A stretch of 32,378 bases of DNA, taken from NCBI GenBank assembly GCA_000708835.1, contig DF237661.1:14637-47014 (forward strand). Direction: 5' to 3'. The notes beneath the pieces are model-generated. The model was not told the origin of the DNA. It made no database searches and saw only the letters and a program-made list of their open reading frames with translations. A program made the translations under genes and the position numbers. Each line of letters opens with the position of its first letter. The first letter of the stretch is position 1. The stretch comes from Klebsormidium nitens. Its lineage: Eukaryota; Plantae; Klebsormidiophyceae. Below, piece by piece: positions 8,895 to 19,110 of the stretch.

Positions 8895-10076
8895 ATGGAG
8901 CAGGCACCGTCCTTACCACACCTTCACACAGGGTCAGTCCGGTTCATGAAGGGGCCCGACGGAAAGCATGCACACGTCCAGCGGATCGATGCAAAGGATC
9001 TCGACCTGAACCTCCTCGTCATGGCCCGGCAGGAGTACACGACCTTCCTTCACCACATCCTCAGGGACAAGGTCAAAGCGGGCCTGCTGACTCAGTACAA
9101 TACCGCTGTTGAAGAGTCACCTTCACCAATCCTGGTCATCAAGACATACCAGAAAATCCTCAAGGAGACCCCCCTTTGGAACCAGAACATTGTCCGACGA
9201 GAAACGGAGCGAGTTTTGGGCGAATACCGGCCCATGTTCCCGAACCTCATCGCGCTCATATATGTTGCAAAGGTCAAGATCATGGCGTCAGTACGAGTGA
9301 CAAAGGGAACCTCGTACGTTGCTCTCTCAATCCCCTCTCCAGAGGCCTTTGTGCACCAAGTATACATAGAGTGTGCACACATCCTGTACGAAAACCCAAC
9401 CCTCTGCCATCTCCCCTCAAATGACGTCCGTCTGCACTTTGAGCGCAACGACGTGCTGCAGGACGTGGTAAGGCGGGGCACTGAAGAAGCCCTCTCAATA
9501 ATGCTTCCCGTCAAAGACATCTTGAGCGAGTATCTAAACAACTCAATGCTTGAGAACTCTGTCTTCTCAATGGGCGATGAGGAAGAAGATACTCGTAGGG
9601 AAGACAGAACAAGCGAGAGTGAATCTTCCGAGTCAGACGATGACAAGGGAGATCGCAAGTACGTCCCGCCGGTTGGGGATGACTTCCTTAAGCAAGCACT
9701 CGTGCAACCCGAGCCCGGCGAAGCCCGTGAAGAGACCCGGGTTGTCCATACGAGAGATCCATTGACCCTGACCGGTGTGGCAAGAAGCAATGGGGGTGAG
9801 ACTGGCCACACACAAGAGAGCCAGCCCGTTCCAAGGCACGAGAGCGGTCCAACAGGCCCACCTCACGATAGGGGTCCGCTACACGAGAGCGGCCCTCCAC
9901 GCGAGAGCGGCCCTCCATGCGAGAGCGGCCCTCCACACGAGAGCGGCCCTCCACGCGAGAGCGGGAGCGGCCACCAACACCACCGGCAGCTGTCTGATGG
10001 TGAGCGTCTTGAGGCAGGGACACCCTTCTTCGAGGATGAGTCTGATGATGAGCAGACAGTGCACGACTACGCATGA
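8895..10076 (+). CDS. Conserved NCLDV protein (DUF5764-like) with acidic, repeat-containing C-terminus
   Basis: EYT..L..IL, KTYQKILKETPLWNQNIV.RET.R and IPSPEAFVHQVYIECA pattern, recalled from memory. Confidence 0.75.
   Translation: MEQAPSLPHLHTGSVRFMKGPDGKHAHVQRIDAKDLDLNLLVMARQEYTTFLHHILRDKVKAGLLTQYNTAVEESPSPILVIKTYQKILKETPLWNQNIVRRETERVLGEYRPMFPNLIALIYVAKVKIMASVRVTKGTSYVALSIPSPEAFVHQVYIECAHILYENPTLCHLPSNDVRLHFERNDVLQDVVRRGTEEALSIMLPVKDILSEYLNNSMLENSVFSMGDEEEDTRREDRTSESESSESDDDKGDRKYVPPVGDDFLKQALVQPEPGEAREETRVVHTRDPLTLTGVARSNGGETGHTQESQPVPRHESGPTGPPHDRGPLHESGPPRESGPPCESGPPHESGPPRESGSGHQHHRQLSDGERLEAGTPFFEDESDDEQTVHDYA
9885..9964 (+). repeat. 18-bp coding tandem repeat (xESGPP), 4 full copies plus a partial
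   Basis: gagagcggccctcca(c/t)(a/g)c units. Confidence 0.92.
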
Positions 10077-10126
10077 GCTTCGCGGCCGTACACACTTTTT
10101 TATGTTGGTCACTCATCAACGAAAGC

Positions 10127-10444
10127 ATGGTCCCCGACTTTCTCCAGAGCCCCATTGGCGCTGCACTCATTGGCGGGATCCTGTTGCTCGGGGGTCTGTA
10201 CTACATGTATGGAACCGAAGGCAGATACCAAAAAATGGACAAACAAGAGATCTGCAGGATCTTCTTCCTACCACCAGCAATCCTAGCGGCAAGCATCTAC
10301 TGGTTTGTGTCGTCAAGGGTGGCCCCTCCCTCAGCTGCAAGGGTGCCCCCTCCCCCCCCTGTCGAGATCCCTCAGGCCCCTGAGTTCGAGCAGGTGCCTG
10401 CGCCAAGTACGCCTATCTTGACGGAGCCTTTTGCAGATGAGTAG
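10127..10444 (+). CDS. Small two-TM protein with Pro-rich tail
   Basis: Starts MVPDFL; two hydrophobic helices; ends ILTEPFADE. Confidence 0.7.
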   Translation: MVPDFLQSPIGAALIGGILLLGGLYYMYGTEGRYQKMDKQEICRIFFLPPAILAASIYWFVSSRVAPPSAARVPPPPPVEIPQAPEFEQVPAPSTPILTEPFADE

Positions 10445-10486
10445 GCGCGTCAGGATGGGAGCAAATCTTGTCTGTGCTCCAATCAA

Positions 10487-10909
10487 ATGTCGACCCGCAA
10501 GGAGAAAAGCAGCCAACAGCACGAGGCACACTCGAAGCGGCCCCCAAAGCCCGTGGAAGATGTCATCAGCGATTCAGAAGAGGAGTTCGAACAGGGAGAC
10601 GATCCTCTCATTGGTGCACTATTTACAAGAGAGGGATTACCTGTCGCCGAAGCCATCGTGTACATCGCTACAGCCATCTCCAACCTATCCAGCAACCTCC
10701 AATCCTACTCCGAAAAGAGCCTGCGCCTCCAAAAGTTTGTCGCCAAGCAGCTCCAAGCAATCTCAGAGTCCATCGCACCCATCGACGACGAAGCACAGGG
10801 GGAGGAGGAGCGGCCCGATGATGAAGCCAACTCGACTGCAGCCCAGGTGCAAGGAGAGACAAAGCCCGATGTAGAGGAGCCTGCCGCGTCTTCTACCCCT
10901 GCTTCTTGA
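10487..10909 (+). CDS. Acidic hypothetical protein resembling a conserved phycodnavirus family
   Basis: Acidic ends flank a helical core (LFTREGLPVAEAIVYIATAISNL). Confidence 0.7.
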   Translation: MSTRKEKSSQQHEAHSKRPPKPVEDVISDSEEEFEQGDDPLIGALFTREGLPVAEAIVYIATAISNLSSNLQSYSEKSLRLQKFVAKQLQAISESIAPIDDEAQGEEERPDDEANSTAAQVQGETKPDVEEPAASSTPAS

Positions 10910-11417
10910 GCAGGTAACGCCTGAGGAGGAAGAACGTTGAAGCCACGAGAGAGCCTTGCATCAGTGCCCTCGGCCATGTGGTGGCCTCTGCAGGGGGCAC
11001 GAGCCACTGTGGAAGGAACTCCCTCAGACGCCCTTGAACGTACGGAGAGCCCACAGCAATCGAGAGGGCCATGACCAGAAGGGCAGTCCGCTGCTCGTCC
11101 GTCAGAACGGGCTCCTTGTTTGAATGAGCCTCCCATAGAGCCTGCTGCATAACAGGGTGTATGGGGAGATCTCTGTAAGTGCTCGGTATTTGCGCGGCTG
11201 GCACATGTGCCGCCCGAGGGTCCTCACTCCTGTACAGCTGGTCCAACTCGGTGCCCCCACCGATGGGGAACTCGACTTCATCCGGAGCGCACGCGGCGTT
11301 GTTCATCGGGACCGGACCTCCCTGAGGCGCCGCTTGTGGGGCACCTGGTGGTGCGGCAGGTGCGCCGTTCAAGTTCATACCCAGCTCCTGCTTGACAAGC
11401 GACTGATAGTCCGTCAT
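10893..11417 (-). CDS. Conserved phycodnavirus-type membrane protein
   Basis: LTDEQRTALLVMALSIAVGSPYVQGRL..LPQW and a C-terminal TM helix. Confidence 0.7.
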   Translation of the reverse strand: MTDYQSLVKQELGMNLNGAPAAPPGAPQAAPQGGPVPMNNAACAPDEVEFPIGGGTELDQLYRSEDPRAAHVPAAQIPSTYRDLPIHPVMQQALWEAHSNKEPVLTDEQRTALLVMALSIAVGSPYVQGRLREFLPQWLVPPAEATTWPRALMQGSLVASTFFLLRRYLLKKQG

Positions 11418-11486
11418 GTGGGGCCTTTCCTTTTGTGCAGGAAACTTACCACTGACTCACACGCACCACGTTTGCAAGCAGTCATG

Positions 11487-12059
11487 TCAAGTGAAGGGAG
11501 TCCCCTTTGACTTGCGAGCCCCCACCTCGCCGAAACAAAACTCTCCAAAAGCTCGTTGGTCGTTGCAGGCGGTGGTGACGGGAGTCCTATAAAACTGCCT
11601 CTGCGAGTTGGCGTTCTCGTAGATGTCCGTCTGGTCACGGTACAGCCCCTGATAGAACTGCGCGTCTATCTCATCCTTCACGTGCTCCGGATCGCAACCG
11701 GGTGGCCGGTCGGGTCTCTCCTCGTACTCGTTGATCAGGAAGTTTCCCATGGGGTTCTCCATGGTCGGACGCTGGCATACCGGGGCAATCGTCACGGAGG
11801 GCTCCCCCTCTTCTGAAAGGCCATGAGGCACCGTCTGTTGATGCCGCACGTACAGGTACACCCCTGCACATGCCACCAACCCAAGCAGGAATGGATCGAT
11901 CGCATATGCGAGCACGCACGTGATCACGTAGACCATGAACCTGGCCGACGAGTTGATCTGTGCGGCATAGCTGCCCCCCGAGAACGGGGCAATGTCGAAC
12001 GCTCTGCTGCCACGGAAGAGGACCCCCGGGTCCTGAAAGAAAACGGGTTCAGAAGCCAT
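11487..12059 (-). CDS. Conserved NCLDV membrane (probably structural) protein
   Basis: N-terminal FFQDP..LF, two TM segments, CQRPTMENPMGN and SQRQFYRTPVTT..NDQ.AF motifs. Start taken at MASEPV. Confidence 0.8.
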   Translation of the reverse strand: MASEPVFFQDPGVLFRGSRAFDIAPFSGGSYAAQINSSARFMVYVITCVLAYAIDPFLLGLVACAGVYLYVRHQQTVPHGLSEEGEPSVTIAPVCQRPTMENPMGNFLINEYEERPDRPPGCDPEHVKDEIDAQFYQGLYRDQTDIYENANSQRQFYRTPVTTACNDQRAFGEFCFGEVGARKSKGTPFT

Positions 12060-12102
12060 GCGCCTCCTTGTATTACTTGTGCTGCATTTTTTTAGCCCCA
12101 TA

Positions 12103-13275
12103 TCAACTTGCCAGCCGGGACGCTGTCAGCCTAGGCTTCCGTGGCCTTCTACGCTGCCCTCGAATCAGCCCAGGCACAGCGGTCATGTCGATGCTCCCGT
12201 CCCGGTTGATCATGGACGGCAACCGGCTCACAAGGTCAGGCGTAACACTGGTGCTCAAGAGACTCGAAAGCACATTGCCCCCACCTGCGCCGGTGCCCCC
12301 TACGACCCTCTGCATCACGCTTGGGTCCACGAGCTGAGCTGCATCTTGCACGAGAGCCTGCAGTGCTGGCACGTTGGCCGTCCTAGTGAGCATGGAGACC
12401 CCTCTCAGCATCCTCGGGTCCTCTTGTAGGGCATTTACGGACGCTATCAGCGCCGGTATGCTGCTAACGTCCAGGCTTTCAACCGCATCGGAGAGCAGAC
12501 GGACGAGCATCCCTGAATCGACGCACCGGAAGGCCCTCCTGAACACTCTGACCACCCCTTTCATCGATTCGGACCTCAGAAACCCACGAGCCGTCTCAAG
12601 GGCTTCTCGTTCGGTCGCCGACCGGAGGCTCCTGAGATGCGGCAGGAGGTCCTTGAGCAGACTCCCGTCGATCGATCTGTCCCTGTGTTCCGGATCATTT
12701 TCGGGGCGAAGCCCCGAAAAACGAGGTAGCACCGCGCTCAGGTCAACGCCATCGAGGAGGCCGTCGAGGTCGGCGCTGAGCTCGTCTTGCGTCTGGCCCT
12801 CCAGAAACTGCACAAGGAGAGCCAGGATGCCACTGACCTTCTCCCGCAAGCAGGCCGGCAGCAAGACGTGTTGCGAGATAATCTCGCTTACCAGCTCCGA
12901 CCAGCCGCTCTCATCTGCCACGCCTCCGGCCACCAGGACATCATCAGCCGAAGTGGACTCGACCAGGGCTTGAACAGCTGCCCACAGCCTCTCAACCTCT
13001 CCTGGAGACAGGAGTCTTCCCTGCAAAAAGAGACCGGGGACCGGTGATAACTGTGCATCATGCTCTGCAAAGAATGCCATGTCATGGTCGTTGATTGCGT
13101 CCATCACACCCTCTGCCAGCAGAGCTTCTCGGAAGCGGTTGAACATGAGGCCCGGTGACTTTCGCGATGCACTCTTGACCAGCATCCGGAGCTTCTTCAG
13201 CTGTGCGCAAGCCGGGTGCTGCCTGTAGAACCGCTCTACGAGCTGCCTCAGTTGCTGATCAAACTCCTTTGACAT
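12103..13275 (-). CDS. Hypothetical helical protein
   Basis: 390-aa ORF with coding-like composition that fits the gene tiling. Confidence 0.75.
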   Translation of the reverse strand: MSKEFDQQLRQLVERFYRQHPACAQLKKLRMLVKSASRKSPGLMFNRFREALLAEGVMDAINDHDMAFFAEHDAQLSPVPGLFLQGRLLSPGEVERLWAAVQALVESTSADDVLVAGGVADESGWSELVSEIISQHVLLPACLREKVSGILALLVQFLEGQTQDELSADLDGLLDGVDLSAVLPRFSGLRPENDPEHRDRSIDGSLLKDLLPHLRSLRSATEREALETARGFLRSESMKGVVRVFRRAFRCVDSGMLVRLLSDAVESLDVSSIPALIASVNALQEDPRMLRGVSMLTRTANVPALQALVQDAAQLVDPSVMQRVVGGTGAGGGNVLSSLLSTSVTPDLVSRLPSMINRDGSIDMTAVPGLIRGQRRRPRKPRLTASRLAS

Positions 13276-13322
13276 GAAGCCTAGGCTCTACGAAGAAAGA
13301 TTGGGGCACACCCGTAACGAGA

Positions 13323-14312
13323 CTAAAAGTAGCCCGCAAAGTTGGGGGACCCAAGAGACCGGGAAACACACCTGAAGTGCAGCTTGATGGTGTTGTCCAG
13401 GTTCTGAAAGTCTGCCGGTGACCCGTCCTGCCTCAACCACCGGAGGTGGAGGCTGTCGAGGCGCGCGATTGGGGGCCTGAACTCCTTGAAGATGAGATAA
13501 CCAGAGACGCCGCCGCTGTAAGTGACCAAGGACCCTGCATCGCCCACGAGTGCAATCCGCCCAAAGCAGTTTGGGGGAGCGGCCGAGACAAGGCCCTCAC
13601 CGCTCGGAGAGTAGGACACCTCATGCATGCTTGTGTCCAGCTCCGGGCTCGACAGCAGCACGTGGTGATCCCCGGTCGTATCTACGTACCCACTCGAGAC
13701 CAAGGCCCCCGAGTACACAGGGTCGTCCGAGACCATTGTGTCGTTGTAGGGCGTATCTTGTGCGTCGAACCCGAGCATGCTGCTGCACGTGCTCTCTCCA
13801 AACAGTATCCTGAAACGGGTCACGTCGTGGGAGGCTTTGAACGAAACCTTGTTCTGCCTGCTGAGGCTATCTACGACATAGGGACTGGCTGTGGAGGAGC
13901 TGTGAAGGTTCAGGAGGCGCGTAAGCTCCTCGCTCAGGTCCGTTATGTCATAGTGGCCCTCCCGAAGGCTGAAACGGATGACACGGGGGGCGCTGTTCCC
14001 AACAATCTCCTCGAGAGCAAACAGACTGTTTGTGCTGTCCACGTTGAAAGATACGTTTGGAACCTGGGCAAAAGCCAGGTCCACTCGAACGATGTTGGTC
14101 AGCGGATTCCGAAAGTAGATCCTGAAGTCATTGCTGCTTGAGAACCTGACGCGATCCCTCTGGGAAGAATCGACTTCGATCACGTGCGTCGAATACTCGA
14201 CCTGCGACTGCCGCGCGTGCTCGAGCTGCTGTTTCTCATACAGCTGGTCCGGCAGCGAACCAATCGGAAGCCCCCTGCTTCCCTCGAACCGGTGGAAAGG
14301 AGAGATCTCCAT
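13323..14312 (-). CDS. Conserved NCLDV beta-rich protein (DSxxRD family; possibly a minor capsid or penton-like protein)
   Basis: IEVDSSQRDRVRF...NIVRVDL.FAQVPN..FNVD..NSLF motif. The structural role is inference. Confidence 0.65.
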   Translation of the reverse strand: MEISPFHRFEGSRGLPIGSLPDQLYEKQQLEHARQSQVEYSTHVIEVDSSQRDRVRFSSSNDFRIYFRNPLTNIVRVDLAFAQVPNVSFNVDSTNSLFALEEIVGNSAPRVIRFSLREGHYDITDLSEELTRLLNLHSSSTASPYVVDSLSRQNKVSFKASHDVTRFRILFGESTCSSMLGFDAQDTPYNDTMVSDDPVYSGALVSSGYVDTTGDHHVLLSSPELDTSMHEVSYSPSGEGLVSAAPPNCFGRIALVGDAGSLVTYSGGVSGYLIFKEFRPPIARLDSLHLRWLRQDGSPADFQNLDNTIKLHFRCVSRSLGSPNFAGYF

Positions 14313-14534
14313 CCTATAAGATTACCTTTTTATGATGAACGAGAGCCGCACAATGGTTTCCTTGACTGGGGGTCTGCCATCAGCTGCCACTCGTTCCAAA
14401 GACGCCCTCTGTCCACGCGGTGTATGTATGCAAGCCTGCAATGCAACTTCCTGGGGAAACTTTAGATAGTGCGCTCAGGGCAAAGGAGCCCGAAGAGCTG
14501 CACATGAAAACGTTTTCTAGACGAATCCAATAGG

Positions 14535-15800
14535 ATGGACGGCCCGTTGATGCGGGGGACGACCCTCAATATTGAGTACCTCCTGCCTTGCTCTGGCTTT
14601 GAGTACAGCTTCAATATTTATCCTTGGAATAATAATCTCAGCAGCGGCAACTGTTACAGCTACACTTTGGGAAACGCCCACGTTCAGGGGCAAAAGGCCC
14701 AGCCAGGGGACATTGCAATGCTTTTTCGGGACCTTGTAGAAAAGTACAATCTAGGCGAGCCGGGCGTGGATCTGACATGCGGCTGCGCTGACGTGGTTAA
14801 CTCTGTGCTAGCGGACGGGGTCGCATGCGCACGCCTGCAGGACCTCGCGCTCGATGGGACCTACAACAAGCAGCGCACTACCATCAAGCCCATCGGGCTG
14901 ACCGCCAGGCCGGAGACCGGCTGGTACAAGATAGTGTGCGTGATGGGAACCGAGGCAAACGGCGACGCAGACTTCCACTTTGTCAGGCAGGACATCATGG
15001 ACATGTACGATCTGTACTCCATCACTTTGCATGGCTATCATGACTTTAACAGGCCCCAATCTTGCTTCTGGTTCGGCACGCCGCTCTGGCAGGGGGGCAA
15101 GGGCGGCTTCTTCACAACCACCCCCAGCCCCTATGACGTGCTCGGCATCCACCCGTTCACCGGGAGCCGTTACGTTGAGTCGATCTTCACAGACACGTCC
15201 CGTGACCCAAGCGCGTACGGCCTGAAAGGCAATCTAAGGGCTGCCCACTCCTACATCTCCGGAGCGAAACCGATCGATCAGAACGACCCGAATCTCAATC
15301 GGCCGCGCACGAATATCGACCTGCACGTTTCGAGGATCCCCGAGTATATTCTAAGCGGCAAGAACTTCATCCCCTCGCCTTTCTGGCTCGTTTCTGTGGA
15401 CCCGTTCGTCGAGGACTGTGCAAACAAGGTGCGCAGGCGCCAGCAGGAACTGTCGCGGATCTACGAGGGCCGCCCGGGCTACGAGCTGCACAAGAAGACG
15501 GTCGATGACGCGGCCAAGGACTGCATCGATATCTGCAACAAGCGCCGAGGCATGCCGCCCGTCCACAGCCTGATTGGCACCTTCAGCGAGAAGCTGGGGT
15601 TTGGCACGGGCGCCCTGAACACCGATGGCGCATTCAAGCTCAACTTTGACCCCTCCAAGGCCTGCCGTTACAGGGGAGGCGTTCATTACCAGAGCGTCTG
15701 CACAGCTTTCAGCGTCTTGCACAATCATGGCGTAACGGCCATCTCGGCGTTCGATCGGCCGAGCGGCCGCAAGACAAAGAATGCTACAAGACAGGTGTGA
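14535..15800 (+). CDS. Conserved phycodnavirus-type protein, possible Cys-His hydrolase
   Basis: GNCYSY, QPGD, YKIV, DFHFVRQD and FSEKLG motifs. Confidence 0.7.
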   Translation: MDGPLMRGTTLNIEYLLPCSGFEYSFNIYPWNNNLSSGNCYSYTLGNAHVQGQKAQPGDIAMLFRDLVEKYNLGEPGVDLTCGCADVVNSVLADGVACARLQDLALDGTYNKQRTTIKPIGLTARPETGWYKIVCVMGTEANGDADFHFVRQDIMDMYDLYSITLHGYHDFNRPQSCFWFGTPLWQGGKGGFFTTTPSPYDVLGIHPFTGSRYVESIFTDTSRDPSAYGLKGNLRAAHSYISGAKPIDQNDPNLNRPRTNIDLHVSRIPEYILSGKNFIPSPFWLVSVDPFVEDCANKVRRRQQELSRIYEGRPGYELHKKTVDDAAKDCIDICNKRRGMPPVHSLIGTFSEKLGFGTGALNTDGAFKLNFDPSKACRYRGGVHYQSVCTAFSVLHNHGVTAISAFDRPSGRKTKNATRQV

Positions 15801-18306
15801 TCGTGTCCAGCAGCCTCAGGGGGAGGAGCTCCGTTCCGGTTAGGCACAGAAAGTAAAAGATGGCGGTCTTTGAGAGAAGGTGGGATGTCTCCCGGACGCA
15901 CGAATTGCCTTGGCCTGTGAGTTGCAGCACACCGTAGACGGTTTGGAAATGCAGGACCTGGCCGTTGTTGGTGACAGTGGCCCGCCTCATTGGGACGGGG
16001 ACGAGCCCGGTCGCACTCTGGACCACCTCTAGGAGTGGGAACTCATCAAAGATGCGACGAGCCTCTCTTGAGAGCAGCTCACGCAATCGCATGATGTTGC
16101 TCATCAAGGCACCCTCCATCGCCGACGCACGGCCCCCATCGACAGCTCGCAGGTCCTGTGGGATCTTGTTAGAGAGCTCCGCGGATGACTGAATGTACCT
16201 CTGTGAAGCCGCTCCGGACAATGGCAGCGAGTGCCCGGGACCCTTCCAACGCCTGTAAAACATCACCATGAAGAAGATAAATTTGAACATCTGCATCAGT
16301 ACCAGGCGATCCTGCCGGTGGGCCTCCAAAAAGTGTGGCAGATGCAGGAGCTCCAACAAGCCTCCCTTTGCCTGCAAGTACTCTGGTGTTGCCAGCTTGT
16401 CCAAGATACCACTCACCCGGCGCGTACCCAGATTTGCCAGGTTCTCAAAGTCCGCGATGTTTGGCTGGGGGCGCCCTGCATCATACAAGATGCCAGCCGC
16501 CCAAGACCTGAAGGACTTTGCGACACGCTGGTCTCCTGCAGCAAAGGTGAGCGCGTCGTCGTCCGCAAGGGGTTCCAAGGTGTTGTAGTTCATCGGCCGT
16601 GCAACTCCCGGCACCACGCCAAGGATCCACATGCCTGACGGATGCGCCAGCGATGCGACATCACGGACGTCCGGCATCCGCGTGCTCTTCTCGTCCTTGG
16701 AAAGAAGGAGCTCCGGGATGTTGATCTCCAGGTGAAGCCATGTCTGGAATCGAGGCGGGCTCGCACGCCCTCTCGGGGCTGGAGCAGCCACAGCGTTCCG
16801 ACCGGCCGCAGGCCCCAAGCTGCTAGCAAGCAGGGCGCAAGCCACATACTTTCTGATAGTCCGCACTGTGTGCGCGTAGAGCGGTGGCAGCCGCAGGGCT
16901 TCGCGCATGAGAGCGATCATGTAGGTGATGATTGCAGGACCACAGGAGGTGGAGTCGGTCTGTCCGGGAACATCGGTGCCATTAACGTGCTGCACAGGCC
17001 CTTGGATCACGTTCGCGTCCCTTAGAATCCGTTCCACGTTGGAGAGCTCATCGGGCATAGAATTCATCAGTGGGTCATAGCCAATCAGGCGTGCATTGTG
17101 AGCATCGTACACAACCAGCGTCCAGTGGTAATTTGCGACATTTATGGGCATAAACGCGTACCGCATGCCTTGTGGTGCCCTTCGTGCGTTGAAGGCCTCT
17201 GCAATGTTTTGGAACAGATAAGGTGCCAGCTTTGTGGCCATCGTTCTAGGGCTGTTGTTCAATCTCCACACATGCTCATTGTTTACATTCAACAGCGGAC
17301 CGAGTTGCCCATGGGTCGCCATTGTGTACACTGTGCTGGGATATGCGGAGCAATCACCTCGATCGCTGATGAGCTTGCACATACCGTCCACAATGCCGTC
17401 ACTTATGTTCTCATCCTTGTGCAGCGTGTGCAGATCTCCTCTAAGAACCGTGACCTGATCGGGGGCTGCCCCGACAGTGACGTGAGCGCCGATGTCATGG
17501 AGTTCATCTCGCGTCTCTACAAGTGTTTGAGCCTGCTCGTAGACCCTGTTGTTAAAGCCTGACAGAGTGAATGGAAGTGGTCTTTGCGGGTCCGCCGTCC
17601 CCCGCGTCCGCAGCCGTGCACGGCTCTTGGTCCCGGGAGCCCTCTTGAAAGCGTACATCTGCACCGGGGAGCTGATTGGCTGCCTTTTTCGAGTTCGCGT
17701 TGCGATCGGTGCCGACGGAGTTGTCACAGAAGACTTTCTGGGATGAGTTGGTGGTGTCTTTTGGGCAGCTTGCGTTGGGGACTTGTGAGGGATTTGTCTA
17801 GGGCTCGGCGTTAGTGTCCGCCTGGGGCTCGGCGTTGGTGTCCTTCTCGGACTTGGGGTTGGCGTCCGCCGGGGACTTGGAGTGGGCGTCCTCCTTGGAC
17901 TTGACGTTGGTGTCCTTCTAGGGCTTGGTGCAGGCCTCCTGGGGCGCGATCTCCGAGGAGTTTTCTTTGTATGACTTGTTGTTCTCTGGGGCACCCGTGC
18001 CGGTGCTGCCTGCCTCCCCTGCGTCCGTTGGGGTGCACCTTGACGTGCCAGCACACGGTCACACAAGCTCTGCCTGCTTCTCCCAAAGAGTGGACGCCTC
18101 TCTGCTTTCAGCTGCCTGTACATGGCTGCCCTGCCTTGAATCGACCGCGGGAGAGCAGCGTTGCCTGATGCGTACACCATGAATTCGATCCATCCGTTTG
18201 GCCTCTGACACATTGGGCGACCCTGTGAGTTGACCTTGAAGCAGTTCTCCCCAGCATCCCGGCAGTGCGGGCCTCCTCGGCTTATCGTTGCTGGAACGCG
18301 TGGCAT
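15784..18306 (-). CDS. Multidomain protein with Ulp1/SENP (C48) peptidase domain
   Basis: FMPINVANYHWTLVVYD..YDPL..Q.DS.SCG gives the His/Asp/Gln/Cys catalytic set. Basic SPRR repeats lie N-terminal and a YRRWKGPG motif C-terminal. Confidence 0.85.
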   Translation of the reverse strand: MPRVPATISRGGPHCRDAGENCFKVNSQGRPMCQRPNGWIEFMVYASGNAALPRSIQGRAAMYRQLKAERRPLFGRSRQSLCDRVLARQGAPQRTQGRQAAPARVPQRTTSHTKKTPRRSRPRRPAPSPRRTPTSSPRRTPTPSPRRTPTPSPRRTPTPSPRRTLTPSPRQIPHKSPTQAAQKTPPTHPRKSSVTTPSAPIATRTRKRQPISSPVQMYAFKRAPGTKSRARLRTRGTADPQRPLPFTLSGFNNRVYEQAQTLVETRDELHDIGAHVTVGAAPDQVTVLRGDLHTLHKDENISDGIVDGMCKLISDRGDCSAYPSTVYTMATHGQLGPLLNVNNEHVWRLNNSPRTMATKLAPYLFQNIAEAFNARRAPQGMRYAFMPINVANYHWTLVVYDAHNARLIGYDPLMNSMPDELSNVERILRDANVIQGPVQHVNGTDVPGQTDSTSCGPAIITYMIALMREALRLPPLYAHTVRTIRKYVACALLASSLGPAAGRNAVAAPAPRGRASPPRFQTWLHLEINIPELLLSKDEKSTRMPDVRDVASLAHPSGMWILGVVPGVARPMNYNTLEPLADDDALTFAAGDQRVAKSFRSWAAGILYDAGRPQPNIADFENLANLGTRRVSGILDKLATPEYLQAKGGLLELLHLPHFLEAHRQDRLVLMQMFKFIFFMVMFYRRWKGPGHSLPLSGAASQRYIQSSAELSNKIPQDLRAVDGGRASAMEGALMSNIMRLRELLSREARRIFDEFPLLEVVQSATGLVPVPMRRATVTNNGQVLHFQTVYGVLQLTGQGNSCVRETSHLLSKTAIFYFLCLTGTELLPLRLLDTITPVL
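17795..17930 (-). repeat. 24-bp coding tandem repeat (SPRRTPTP), about 6 copies
   Basis: Visible in both DNA and translation. Confidence 0.9.
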
Positions 18307-18347
18307 CTTTACCTCTCATTGCACAAAATAAGTTACAAATGGAGCAA

Positions 18348-18992
18348 TCAACGGAAGGACATAGTTATCGGTCGGTTCCTGCAGCGGGCCACGCGACCTC
18401 TAAGCGCTTCCTGTGGCTCCTGTGCGTCGCTCTTTGCACGCGCCTGACGGTCCCTCTCCTTTGCGCTGCGGATCATGTCTGACTCGATCTCGTCCCTATG
18501 AGCCATTGCAAATCCGAGAATGTCATTTGAGATGGCCCATCGGAAGAAGTTTAGCTGACCAACAGTTGTGACAAGCTCGTGCACCCTGTCCGCATCTTCC
18601 GCCCGCACATGCTTAAGATGCGCTTCTTCGGGCATGGACACATCTTGCGGTGGCATCCTGCTCGCTGGAGCGGAAACCTCTGCTCGAGGATCGATGATAG
18701 GGAACAGGATGCGCTCCCGCCGGCAGAACGGATCGAACCGTCTCTTTGAGTACGCCCGCAGTTGCAGGCGGTAATTTGTGGATATTGACATCTGCCTGCG
18801 GTTGCCTTTGGCATCGGTCGCCGAATGGAACACCATCTTCGTCCTGCTGAAGTTTGTTATGAGCCAATCGAGGATCCGAAGAGACGGCAGACCCTTCTTC
18901 TGCTGTAGGACGTCGAGCAATATGGCCGCGTTACTCTCAATGTCATAGAAGCTCCTCAAGGATACGAGCAGGAGGTCCTCTCGTCCTTGCAT
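18348..18992 (-). CDS. Late transcription factor VLTF2-like (poxvirus A1 family)
   Basis: SLRILDWLITNFS, YRLQLRAYSKRRFDPFCRRERI and TTVGQLNFFRWAI. Start placed at MQGREDLLL. Confidence 0.92.
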   Translation of the reverse strand: MQGREDLLLVSLRSFYDIESNAAILLDVLQQKKGLPSLRILDWLITNFSRTKMVFHSATDAKGNRRQMSISTNYRLQLRAYSKRRFDPFCRRERILFPIIDPRAEVSAPASRMPPQDVSMPEEAHLKHVRAEDADRVHELVTTVGQLNFFRWAISNDILGFAMAHRDEIESDMIRSAKERDRQARAKSDAQEPQEALRGRVARCRNRPITMSFR

Positions 18993-19025
18993 GTTGCTAC
19001 CTGCCTTTCTCAACATTTGCATCCT

Positions 19026-19031
19026 CCTAAG
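19026..19031 (-). promoter_or_regulatory. CTTAGG candidate promoter motif
   Basis: 33 nt before ATG 18992. Confidence 0.55.
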
Positions 19032-19110
19032 TACGCAAGAGGGAAGCATGCTTTGGCCTATGGTCTTTAGCTCATGATGCGCTGTACAGACGTTGCTTTA
19101 TTGACACGGT

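Noticed and set aside
9885-9964. Regularly spaced repeats (here, 6017-6216 and 17795-17930) as CRISPR-like arrays
   Set aside because: No unique spacers; unit lengths are multiples of 3 and encode low-complexity peptide repeats.
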